A stretch of DNA of 54,420 nucleotides, the filler included, from Circinaria calcarea (taxonomy: Eukaryota): the NCBI GenBank assembly GCA_051942165.1. It is 3 parts of 3 records of this genome, joined end to end, with 100 filler letters (N's around TTAATTAATTAA, not from the genome) between each part and the next. Parts side by side here need not be neighbours in the genome. Positions count along the whole stretch, not along the records: positions 1 to 18,107 come from JAVECS010000243.1; 2 more parts are not named here. The stretch is one strand, 5' to 3'. Each line of letters starts with the position of its first letter. Positions within the stretch are counted from its first letter, which is position 1. Below, piece after piece: positions 1 through 11,111 of the stretch. Made by a program: the position numbers and the translations under genes. Under the pieces are notes generated by a model that was not told the origin of the DNA, did not search any database, and saw only the letters and a program-made list of their open reading frames with translations.

Positions 1-1537
1 CCCCTCATCCCCCTCCTCCACAACACCTCCGGCTTCCCGCCCAACCACGCAAAAGACAGCGCACTGGCCCCGGCACACAACACCGCCACCACCGCGTTCA
101 TATTCCCATAGCCAATCGCATCCCGCAGCCCTCCGGCCAGAACCGGCCCCAGCGTCAGGCCGGTGCTAAAGACCATGGAGTTGATGGCGTACAGCTGGGC
201 GTAGGGCCGCTCGCCGCCGAAGAAGGCCGGGTTGTGCCGAAAGTAGGCTTCGCAGACCGAGGAAGCTTCGACGATGGAGGGGGCACCGATGGCCGCGAGG
301 CCGACGCCCACGAGCCCGAGGATGACGCTGAAGAGAGCAATCTGCGTAGAGGACCCCCCTCCTCCGCCTTCACCTCCATGCGGCACCCTCAGAAGGATCA
401 GCGGCGGAATCAGCCAGAGAAATCCCCAGACCGCGGCGGGCTTGGTGCCGTGCCGATCGACGAGCCAGCCGAAGACGGGCCCGAGGAGCAGGTAGGGCGC
501 GACGAGGGGCACGAACAAGAGACCCGCCTGGAGGGCACCGAAACCGAAGAGGGCGCCGGCTTCGATGGGGAGGGTGGCGTCGAAGGTGGAAAGGAGGGTG
601 GCTTGCAGGAGGGCGGCCAACTGGGCGACGAGGAGGCGTGGGGAGGAGAGGCAGTAGAGGATGGGGAGACGGCGAAGCCAGCGGGGTTGGGAGGCCCGGA
701 TCCGCCATTGGGATTCTTCTTTGGGGCAGGAAGAGGGAGAGGAGGGAGGTTGGAGTGCGTGGGCGTGGGAGTCTGATCGACCAGTTTCCCGTTCTTCTCC
801 AGGGGCGTGTCCGTCAGCGGTATCGCCATCGACATCCACCCTAGATTCCAGCGAGTATAACTTTGCTGTTTTCTTCTCAATTACCAAGACCCTCATCAGG
901 AAATCGAGCCCCACCAGTCCAAACCCCATGCCGAAAACGCCTCCGTACCCCGCTTTCGCATACACCACGCCCCCCAGTACCGGCGCCGCCAACTCGCCAA
1001 TTGAGATGAGGCCGAAGATGCTCCCGATCACCAGCCCCAACTTCTCGCTGCCGACCGTGTCCAGCAACAAGGCCAAGCCGATCGTCCACACCACCGCCGC
1101 ACTCATCCCCTGCAGGATCCGCGAGACGACCAAGACGGCAATCGACTGGCCCAGGGCGAGCATGACGGTCGCGGCGAGTAAGGCCAACAGACCGATGAGG
1201 AACGGGAGCTGGCGTGCGGGAAGCCGGTCGGCGATGATACCGGCGGGAGGGGAGGCAAGGACGGAGGCGCCTGCGTAGGCGGCGAGGAGGCCGGAGGTGT
1301 AGCTTTGGATGTGGGGGGAGGCCACATGGAGGCGGTCTTGGAGGATGAAGGGGAGGATGGGGACGATTAGGCCATAGAGGAAGAGATCCTGGACAAATTT
1401 GTTTAGTAGGGGGGGATACCCACTCTATGGTTGTGAGGGGGGAATCTCACGGTGAAAAGACCGAGAGCGACGGTACCGACGATGAACTTGGTGGACGACC
1501 TCAATCGCAGAAATCGAGGAGGATGCGGGGCAGCCAT
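1..1537 (-). CDS. MFS transporter, SLC18/vesicular amine transporter-like; 2 exons (1537-1451, 1388-<1), 3' end runs off the window
   Basis: Manual translation: MAAPHPPRFLRLRSSTKFIVGTVALGLFT|DLFLYGLIVPILPF...GIIADRLPARQLPF...SRILQGMSAAVVWTIG...APVLGG, with multiple TM segments. Intron 1450-1389 is GTGAG..CTAAAC..CAG. Absent from the ORF track, probably because no stop lies in the window. Confidence 0.88.
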
Positions 1538-2420
1538 GGATCCGGAGAAGAGGTTGCCTTTGGGCAATTCAGTTCATTGGAAGTCGGATATACCAGGTGG
1601 ATGTAGGATACGATTGTTACAGGAGGGACCGACAAGGTAGAACTGGATAATGACATCGCATCCAGATTCGATTGATTCGACAAGGCCATTCGGGCAGTAT
1701 ATATAGAGAGAACAAATGGTAAAAGAGCAGCATAGAAAATAAAGGCACATGGAATTTTGGAAAGCAAATGAAGAAATCATGTAGTAAACATCAAATCGGC
1801 TAATGCCGTGGCTCAACAGGCTCTATTTTCCGATTCCGGACCCATATATATATCTTCACTTTGCGGCTCATACCCACATGGCAGTCATGCTCTAACGGAC
1901 TATACCCTCGGGTCCACAGTGGGAGCCGTGGCATAATGCAGATACCCTTGAAAACCAAATAGAAGCCATGGGACGCAAGCCCTACTGGTCCGAAAACTCA
2001 AAATCAAGACCTTATTCTGGCGGCAAGATGATCTCAAGAGACTCGTTCATCTCAGCTTCGGAATCCCAGAAATGTCCACGGATGAGAGGTTATGGCCACC
2101 CTTCGGATTTCTCCACAAATCCCACATGCAAAACACCTTCAAGTCGGAATTCAAAAGCCATATGCAAGTGGATGTGGTATTTCGTTAACGCATCGGATGC
2201 GGGTTTAAAAGGGTGTACTTGGCTTGCCGGTTCATCAATGCAAAACACTTTCTTTCACTTGGGAAAGTTTGTTTTCTTTCGGGATTGTAATGTTCTTTAT
2301 ATACTACCGTCCTTTAGAGACTAACCCCAGCTATACTACCAAGATTCATCTATTTTCTATTCATCAATCTAGTCGTTATATACAGTATCCAAAACCTCAA
2401 TCGTCACTTGTCCCCATTTA

Positions 2421-3959
2421 TCAAAGACCTTGCCAAGAGATCGTCAACTGAGTCGGATGGTCAGTAGTGAAAACGGTTGCCTGCGTACTTCCACTGGGCA
2501 CGGCAGCGGCAAAGAAAGTCGTACTCCCACTGCTTGCAAGGTCGCTCCCGACACTCTGCAAAATGTATGTTAGTGTACAGACAGACATACAGATGTTTTG
2601 ATGAGACTGATTGAGCTTACCGTGAAGACAGTAGCTGTCGTGATAGTAGATCCACAGCTTAGAGCCCCACTGACGATGGCGCATTTACCCTTGCTCGATG
2701 AGAGCGTAATACCACCGGCTAGAGGATGGTTAATGGCGAATTAAAGGGCAGATGTAGGCATCTCATACCAGCTGCAGTCCCGGTGAATGTAGCACAAGTC
2801 CCTGTAGTATACCAAGTCCCCGCACTAATGATACACCCGGTCCGTTTCCCGCCCGTCACCACGTTCAAGTATCCTCTTCCAATAAAGGCACCACCAGTAG
2901 AGGTCGGAGCAGGTGCGGAATATGTAGCCGACAGGTTTGACGACTGTGTAGGTGCAGAGCTAGCGGTTCCAGTGGTACCAACTGACGTTGTTGGATTGGA
3001 GGGGAAAACCTTGGGGAGGTAACGAATGCCGGTTTGGGGGCAAGTAGACGTATCACCAACTAAAAGAATAGGGTATTAGCAAAGACACAACTACTCGGAG
3101 AAGTGAGCATACCTGGATCCTCGTCGACAAACTGGCCAGTTACAACGCTACCTCTGACGTTGTAATAGTACCAGATCTCATCGAGGTCGGTCTTGTTAGC
3201 ACACTTAAAGCCCACGGTGACGCCACGGGGTGCTGTCAGTGCAGCCTGGATCTGGGCAAACGTATATGTTTGGGTCATCGAAGGTACAATCCCGGCAGCA
3301 GCGAGAAACTAGACCTTTTAGGCAATGTTCATACACCGGATAGGATGAGAACTTACGGCGTATGAATCCAGACCTTTGAATAGATTCACAGTGATGTTAA
3401 AATAGTCGAATACTTCTTGCTGAGGTTTGTAATCCGTATAGCACTTGGGCTCAAGTGTACTGATACAGGTCCCATGCTTGTTAAATTCATGTTCCCAGAA
3501 ACTTTCATCGTCGCCTTTGTAATCCTTCCAGTAGACATTCATATAACTTAAGAGGTCTGTGGCACCGAACGACTGCAGGATGGCGGTGACATTTGTATAC
3601 TGCCGACTCGCATCGCAGTACGCGTCATAAGTGCCGTCGCAATGGTCTGGCCTGGTTTGGTCAGGTTGGCTTCATGGGAAGTTGAGGTGGACTTACCACA
3701 AGCCATGTACAGTCCAGTGGTCTACAGGTCCCACAGGAGGAGAGGTATCCCAGAACTGTGTAAGCAAAAATTGCCCCCCGGGTGCATTGAAGCAGCAAGT
3801 ATCCGCAACGGCGGTAGTATTCTGGCAACTCAACTGGGCGTTAGGGCAAGAAATCGGGTATCCACCAAGTACCCCGTTCCCCCAAGGTAGGAAAGCCATC
3901 TGGGCCGAAGCCAGGGCAAACTTGGCGATTGAACGCAGAGACGGCATAGGGGAAGGCAT
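2421..3959 (-). CDS. Secreted/vacuolar ribonuclease T2 with Ser/Thr-rich linker and fungal C-terminal extension; about 6 exons
   Basis: Catalytic motifs WTVHGLW|PDHCDG (CAS I) and FWEHEFNKHGTC (CAS II), signal-peptide-like N-terminus, canonical introns, stop TGA at 2423-2421. Alternative start at 3947. Confidence 0.93.
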
Positions 3960-4922
3960 ACTGTCGAAAGCAAGAGTACAGTGATCAAGGTAGAGAACGG
4001 AAGGAAGAAGAGAAGAAGCTTTAAGTACTCCATCGCAAAGGATCTCAACGAGGTGCATTGCGCCGGTCTTGGATCACAACCTCCGTGCAGCTGCTTCAGT
4101 GACTGGTCCAGGATAACCCCGAGGCAAGGTCCCTGGCGAGTCCAGCTGTAAGAGTCGAGTCTCCATGCCAGGAACCCGTTTTCCTCTGTGGAATGGAGGC
4201 GAATCAACAAAATAGGAGCCTGAAGCTGAGGCTGAGGCTGTACTGCTGATCCAGTCCATCCTATCAGCGGTCGCAGATGCGCAACGGGGCAAATATGGTC
4301 GATGAACGGGGAATGCAGGTCCCCCCGATCTTAGACCCGGCCCATCCGCCGCCGAGCCTCCGCGAGCGTGGACCTTCTCCATGAGGCTGATATCGCCGTC
4401 AAATTGGCGAGATCCGAGGGGTGTGTGGAAGGATGATAGGCTCCTAGGGGTTTTGGGGAGAGAAGCATGCCTCGATCGAGTACTATACGTTCAATATCTT
4501 CTGCCAAGTTCCTCTGACCACCAGATTCGCCTCTTGCCACAAATGAAGTACCGAGGTGGGTAAGTAAAAGCTGTTGCCGAAAATAATCGTATGGTATTGG
4601 AGGAAACCCCCCCCATATCTGTCACAGCTGGTCGAATAACATAAAAACCTTGAACGTGCAGAACTGCTGTGCAACAGACTCGAGCTATTGTTGGTAGTGA
4701 CAAACGAGCACCCCTCATACACTGATTATCTTTCAGCGGCAACGACTTTTGCACACCGGCCCGTGTGCAAATAATAGCTGTAAAGCGCATTATGTTTCTG
4801 AGTGGACTTTGCTAAGATGTACCATCTTCATCATTTCCTGGACGACTCTCTCCGATATGAGTCCTGGTTTAGGAACCGCCTCAGAAATCTTTGATCAGGG
4901 GAAATATCCCCCAATCGCCCTC

Positions 4923-6122
4923 CTACAGATACCTCTCCATCATCCCCCTCACCCTCTCCAAATCCAACGCCTTCACCTCCACCCCCCGGGGCCCCGTCAT
5001 ATCCTCGGCCATACAAAGCGCATTCAAAATCGCCTCCTCGACGCAATCCGCACTCGCCTCGAACAGCGCATTAAGACTCGTATCCTCCACCACCTGCACG
5101 CTCCGACTTACCGTCGGATTCCACGTACTCGGCGCATCCCGCGGGATCTCTGCCGCCGTGGAAAAGGCCAGGAAGATGTCGCCCGACGAATTGCCGCCCC
5201 AACCGCCCGTCCGCGCGAGACCGACGGTGGCGCGTTTGGCGAGGCGTTGGCATTGGACGGGGTGCAGGGGCATGTCAGTGGCGAGGACGATGATGATGGA
5301 GCCGTCCTTTTTCAACTTCTGAGCTTCGAGAGCTTCGCGCTTGCGGGTGGCTTCGGCCGAGGCTTCTTCCACGAACTGGAGGCCGATGGGGAAGCCTCCG
5401 ATGCGGAGATCGCGCATCTGGCCGTAGTTGGCTTGGACGAGAGCACCGACAGTGTAGGTGATTGGTTCCTGGGTGTGGGAGCTTTCGTTGTAGACGCGGC
5501 CTGTGATCTGGCGGCTGGAGGAGCCGGTTCCGCCTTTGAAACCTTGACACATCATGCCAGTTCCGCCACCGGTATTGCCCTCTTTGACCGCGTCGCTGGA
5601 AGCATTCTCGATGCCATGGACCACATGCGAAGCTTCCACAACCATGGCACCGATATCATTCAGAAACAAATCACAAGTCTCCGCAATCACCGGCAACAAA
5701 AACCAATCACATAGTCCCTTTTCATTCCGGTACTCCCTGATGGCATACTCGTAAACCCCCGTATAGCACGGTCCCACCGAGAACGAATTAGTAATCACAA
5801 TCGGCGAATTCAACAGCCCCGTCTCATCCAACCAATGGCTCCCGGTCATTTCCCCGGACCCGTTGAAGCGGAAGTACCCCGCGTAGCAGCCTGTGTGGAA
5901 CCAACCTCTGCGCGGGAGGATGGTGGTGACGCCGGTGTTGACCTCTTTGTGGGTGGCATTGGCCGGGAGGATGATGGACTGCGTGTGCACGAGGACGCCG
6001 GGGACATCGGTGAGGGAGTTTAGAGGCCCAGGGGTGTAGCGGCCGATGGTGAGTTGGGGCAAGAGGTTGCGGATTCGCATCCGTTTTGGCGGCGAGGGGG
6101 AGGGGGAGGTGGAGGTGGACAT
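4923..6122 (-). CDS. DmpA-like L-aminopeptidase/D-esterase (peptidase S58 / P1 family), intronless, 399 aa
   Basis: Motifs [58 protein letters not shown] (autoproteolysis site) and [11 protein letters not shown]. Confidence 0.93.
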   Translation of the reverse strand: MSTSTSPSPSPPKRMRIRNLLPQLTIGRYTPGPLNSLTDVPGVLVHTQSIILPANATHKEVNTGVTTILPRRGWFHTGCYAGYFRFNGSGEMTGSHWLDETGLLNSPIVITNSFSVGPCYTGVYEYAIREYRNEKGLCDWFLLPVIAETCDLFLNDIGAMVVEASHVVHGIENASSDAVKEGNTGGGTGMMCQGFKGGTGSSSRQITGRVYNESSHTQEPITYTVGALVQANYGQMRDLRIGGFPIGLQFVEEASAEATRKREALEAQKLKKDGSIIIVLATDMPLHPVQCQRLAKRATVGLARTGGWGGNSSGDIFLAFSTAAEIPRDAPSTWNPTVSRSVQVVEDTSLNALFEASADCVEEAILNALCMAEDMTGPRGVEVKALDLERVRGMMERYL

Positions 6123-6731
6123 TTTGATGTGTGTGTAAAGCAGTAAAATCCGAGAGTGACAATAATATTCATCTCCAGCGCACGACTTCTATCACATCCA
6201 ACCCCCCCTCTTTTGAAAAAAAGAAAAGAAAATAGCCAAACGAAACAAATTATAACAAGAGGACGAATCGACTGCGGGGCAGTTATCGCCAGCAGATAAT
6301 ATGCGCGGTTAAAATATGAGGGGGGGGGAAATAAATACCCATACCATATTCGGAATTCCGTTTTGGATCTGTGGAACCGAAAACCCCCTCACCGGTTTTT
6401 AAAATCAATATGGTAGAGCTTAGGCTTAGTGAGTGAGTAGGATAAAGGATAGTCCGAGAAATCCCCGTGTGGAAAGTTGGTTGTGGGCACAGAGAGGAAA
6501 AAGCATGGTGATTGGTTCTGCATGATTTTGATTCTCTGATCTCTTGCTACAAGTACACAGCTTGGGGGGTTTTGGGGGAGGGGAGGTGCCCTCCTTTGGC
6601 CCCCCGAAAGTTCACAAATCCATTCCGTCCATCGAAATACGACACCTAAAATTACATCTGGCAACCCGACCTCTCCACATCGGCGTCATCTGCACGGACG
6701 CCGCTCTCCCCGCTCCCTTTCTCCAAAAAGC

Positions 6732-7301
6732 TCACGTCCAGAGACCTTTTTCAAGAGTGCAAAGGAACCGAAAGTATACCGAATTCTTCTCTTTGCCTAA
6801 TACCTTGTGCTTGCTTTCGTGAAGTGACTCCCAAGGTGGATGACCGGCCAGACCCCTTTAAGTGGTGTTTGTGAGCGCAAACAGTGCCAGGCTTTCTGGG
6901 GGAAGCTCGTCCATTATCAAGACGACGAGTTCCATGGGAACAACATTGAGAATGCCATAATCCACGGATGAGGCGGGTCTGTCGATGATGCTCATGATTG
7001 TTGGTGAGAGCTTCAAGCGGTTACACCGCTGCATTTCATCGGATTTTGATACCACATGACGAGCCTTTTGCCGCTTGATACGCTGTTCGAGCTCTTCTGA
7101 CTGCTTTTTGGAAACCGATATTCCCGTCCAGTTGCTGATTGGGAAGGGGCTTTGAATGGGAGGCTGAAGGTCGTTCCCAGTCGCGTCATGCGCGTTGCTC
7201 TGCACCACTGCTGTTCCTGAAGGCTGCTCGATAGCGGGCTCCCTTTTACTGCCTCCCCTTACGACTGTTTCCCTTGCCGAGAAGGAGATGAAAATCGTCA
7301 A
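6732..7301 (-). pseudogene. Probable F-box protein remnant with an in-frame TAA and early truncation
   Basis: F-box-like ILNVVPMELVVLIMDELPPESLALFALTNTT, then TAA at 6860-6858. The same frame continues RGLAGHPPWESL...YFRFLCTLEKGLWT* (resembling fungal F-box FLxxLERD motifs). No good ATG. Confidence 0.5.
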
Positions 7302-7502
7302 AGAGCTTCATCATCTTGGCTGACAACAAAGGTGAGTTGCGGTGTATGTTAAGTAAAACGCAAGGTGGCAAGGTAAGTGACCTTCATGTCAAGACTGCCA
7401 CAGATACACACCATTTGACAATCTCTACCGAGATTGCAAACCGGCTGAATTATAGGACCGAGGTGTTAATATTAGGGTTAGGTGGGAATCGGGATTCCTA
7501 GT

Positions 7503-7544
7503 CTGGTTCGGATGACCTGGTTCGGATGACCTGGTTCGGATGAC
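7503..7544. repeat. Tandem repeat CTGGTTCGGATGAC x3
   Basis: Three exact 14-bp copies at 7503, 7517 and 7531. Confidence 0.95.
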
Positions 7545-7702
7545 AAGGCTCCGTAGTGTCATTGAGCTGTACACTGCCTAAGGTGTCTATCCTCTGCTTG
7601 TTTCGCTCGACTCGTCCCATATCAACCTCGTTCTTCATGGCCAAATACAACTGCGGACTTTGTTTTCCTGCAGTGCCTTTTGACACTCTCTTTCCACCTC
7701 TG

Positions 7703-7736
7703 CCTTAGGTTTATCTCTCCCTTAGGTTTATCTCTC
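7703..7736. repeat. Tandem duplication CCTTAGGTTTATCTCTC x2
   Basis: Two exact 17-bp copies at 7703 and 7720. Confidence 0.9.
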
Positions 7737-7971
7737 CCTCTATGTACCCCCCTCCTCTCCCCTTACTCGAACCTATTGTACATGTAGGTCAGATCCAGAA
7801 ACCATCAATTCTGGAGTGATAGAGTGGCTGGGAGCTAATCGAACTGGATGTTCTCCACGAAGCCCTCTGCTGTCTGGAAGAACTCTTTAGCTAAAGAACA
7901 CTGTAGTGGTACAAGCGGTGCTAGTCTCATATATCCCAAGGAAAAGGACGTGCCTCTCGGACTCGAATACT

Positions 7972-9660
7972 TCAGCCAACAGCGATTGCCAAAATAAGAA
8001 CAAGACCAGCAGATCTGTAACGACTTAGGTTAACATATATATATAATGTGCCTGTTTATACTTACATTGAAATACCACGAACATAATCACGTAGGCAACT
8101 AGCGGTGAAAATCGCCGGTGGATTGTTAGAGTAGAACATAGCGACACAAACGATGGCCCCGATGACAACACGTGAGCAGAATTGGGGTACGAGCTTAAAG
8201 GCGATGATTGTTGATAGTAGAACGAGGCCTGTTGATACTGCTGATGGATCACTTGACTTCGCGATTACCTCTTTTTGCCGGGTGATGATGGCTAGGTCTG
8301 TTCCGTAGTCAAGGAATGATCTCTCAACTGCGTGGATCGAAGTGTGCTCCGCCATCCACTGTTTGTAAAAGTTGATATCCGCTTGAGAGGCAGCATCCAG
8401 GCTCTTCGATAGACCGTTGTAGGTTGACAAAGCTCGATCTACACGCCGATAAGTCATGGTCACGTAAATGGACACTAGGGGACACAGACTGTACTGATCT
8501 AACTTGCCGAATACTTGCCACATGATTTCCACGCGATTCCATTGACATAGAGAGTGCATCCTTGCCTCCACCCGCCTTGAGGTCCCCTTGATTCCCAAGT
8601 ATCGTTTCTCTTCGGCGACAAGAGCGTCTATTTCCTGAAGTTTTGTTTCCAGTTCGGAAATCTCATCCTGGAGATGCAACAGCATGCGGTTGTGCAAGGT
8701 CTCGAATTTACGATAGATGGGCTTCAGTTTCGTATCCCCATTAGAGGACATGCTAGACGCCAAGTGGTCATAGCCTGGTTTTTTGTCCTCCTTTGATTCA
8801 CATGCTCTTTTCTGTAACGCACGCCCCGGGACGGGGGCTGGGTGAAGGGGTGCATTTTGGTACTGCGGTGGTAAATATCCATACATGGGTGGCAATCTGG
8901 CATTTTGATCTGTAAGTCGCGGATCCGGTGAATTGTAATATGCTCCATGGTTCATATCTGAGCTATGGGTGGAAGCGTCCGAGCCTCGCGGGCTAGCAGT
9001 ACGTGGATCATAGGAAGTGATGGGCGGGTCTTGCGATGCATCCCTAGGATGGTCTTGAAACCTTTTCTTGTAAGCTCGATTGCTGGGAAATTTATGCTGC
9101 AATATGGGAGAATCTCTCTCTGGGCTGCTCGACCGTACAGATATGCCCGAATCAGAATAGAAGCTACCTCCTGGCACAGTACCATCATCCCATACTTGAT
9201 GATGATTCCCCGCCGCCGGCTGATAATCCAGTACCGACTGGCTTGGTACACTATTTCCAGCAAAACTAGATCGCGAGTGATGCTGGTCAGGATAGCCTTG
9301 TGGTTGCTTCACGACATGGTCATTGGGATCTGCCTTCTTCGCCTCTCCGTCTTCATCTTCTTCCATGAAGGCAAACACATTGGGCTTCTCGTCTACGGGA
9401 GACATGGCAGGAGGGGATCTCTTCGACGAGGCTCTCCTGCTCCGATGCCTAGCGGATGATTCTTTCTTTGCGTCACTCGACTTGGAAGGGGGTTGCCTGG
9501 GCCGAGACACGGATTCCTGCGTGACGGTGGAGTTTGAGCCGCTCGAGCTACTGGTGGTGTTAGTGATGGCGGAGACCAAAGAAGTGACGGAGGATGAGTA
9601 GGGCTTCTTCCGGATAGGGGTTCTTCTTGAGCGTGCACTTCGGCTGGTGGAGGAAGCCAT
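7972..9660 (-). CDS. DUF6594-type fungal protein (disordered N-terminus, coiled coil, C-terminal TM helices); probably 3 exons
   Basis: PGYDHLASSMS...PIYRKFETLHNRMLLHLQDEISELE motif. An in-frame intron at 8489-8439 restores KLDQYNRAL. A probable last intron after 8065 gives a final exon ISAGLVLILAIAVG* ending at 7972. Confidence 0.78.
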
Positions 9661-10076
9661 GTTGGGTCCGACGGTCGATGTCGGTTTCGGGCAAAGGGAT
9701 TCTTTCTCGCATGTGTAACATTGATTTGCATTGGCCGAGTCGATGCGACACCAACCATGAGATGTTTAATGTACACGCATCTGGGGCAAAGGAAGGTAGG
9801 GCTGAATGATGATCTCAGCGGGATCGGTGATGACGATAATAAGACAATCACAAAATGAACAGCAACGGCCAACGCTCAATCTAACAATGATAATACAGCG
9901 ACGGCGAAGAGAAGACGAGCAGCTGGAATAAAAGGAAGAACAAGAAGTGATGGCAGCAGTGAATCAACCGCATGCGAGAAGATGAGACGAAAGGGTTCGA
10001 GTGTAGCATTTTCCATTTCCCCATTTGCCCCGTCCCACTTCCCGAGAGTCACCTGAAACCGAAACCGGGCACAACA

Positions 10077-10105
10077 GGGCAAATAGGACAAATAGGGCAA
10101 ATAGG
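10077..10105. repeat. 9-bp tandem repeat GG(G/A)CAAATA x3
   Basis: gggcaaata ggacaaata gggcaaata gg, upstream of the DUF6594 gene. Confidence 0.8.
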
Positions 10106-10212
10106 CCACTGCTTGCAATCCTCCAATCCTCCAATTCGGCGCAAAAAAAGCCATCGAAAGCCAATCGATAGTCTGACCAAACCGCCCAGTAGCCACCAAA
10201 CAGCCCCCTCAC

Positions 10213-10261
10213 TCCCCATCAATCCCCATCAATCCCATTCCATCCCCATCCATCCCCATCC
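10213..10261. repeat. Imperfect 10-bp minisatellite (TCCCCATCAA/TCCCCATCCA) x5
   Basis: Read directly from the sequence. Confidence 0.8.
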
Positions 10262-11111
10262 GACACTCGTACGCCTAAAAGGAAGCCAAAAGGCTAATCG
10301 GGGGGGGGGAGGGGAGCCATCAATCTAATGATAGCTCGACCACATGCGCGCCTTTTTCCGTCTGCAGAGCATTGGCTCCATTCTCCAATTGTCCCGAAGC
10401 ACTTTCTGCACGCACACACCCGCATCCTCCGTGATTTGTTGTGTGGCGATCACCGTCATCCGCTTCCATCAGAGGATGATTGTGCTCATCGGATGCCGGG
10501 AATTGGTTATTGCCCGTCTCTCTATTCTGCCTGCTTTCCACTCTTGTTCGCGCACTACCGCAGACCGGTATCATCAGTCAATCTGTCGTCGATCGGGATC
10601 TGGGCATTTGCATTAGCCGAGGCGACGCACGGCATGGCATGGCATGGGCTTAGTATAGCATTCACTCGGGGCATGACGTGGGATAAGCATGCTCATGCTT
10701 ACCCTAAATCAACATGAGATACGTGTTGTGCCTCGACGATGAGCTGTCGTCGCATATTCTGGCCATTGGCCGGCCGGCATGCCTATCATGGAAAAACACA
10801 TCACTGGCATCTCGGCTGATTGGTCACGGGGGGTGAAATCATTCTGGTCGGGCTTGGCTTGATGGTTGAAACTAAATCCCTCTAATCTGTCTACAGGTGA
10901 CTACGGGCCATCAAATACCCACGGCGGATTGCGAACCCCAATCAAGGATTCGCACGCTGTCCCATATCGGGACAACCTATCAACAGTAACAATTCCGACG
11001 CCCCACAGGAGCCGAGCAGAACGGAACTCCTGGCCGCCGGTGGGGGTCCTAAGCTGACCACCACTGCCGTTGCACTTCATGTAAAACCATATCATCGAGC
11101 CCTCCCATCCT

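Noticed and set aside
234..1278. Plus-strand ORFs of 180 and 205 aa
   Set aside because: Antisense shadows of the GC-rich MFS transporter gene.
1968..2324. 118-aa ORF between the MFS and RNase T2 genes
   Set aside because: No homology cues or splice support; probably spurious.
4749..5714. 321-aa plus-strand ORF
   Set aside because: Antisense shadow of the DmpA gene, with no ATG start and no recognisable motifs.
7472..7482. TTAGGGTTAGG telomere-like sequence
   Set aside because: Fewer than two full units; expected by chance.
7503..7544. CRISPR-like repeats
   Set aside because: Direct tandem copies without spacers, in a eukaryote with no cas genes.
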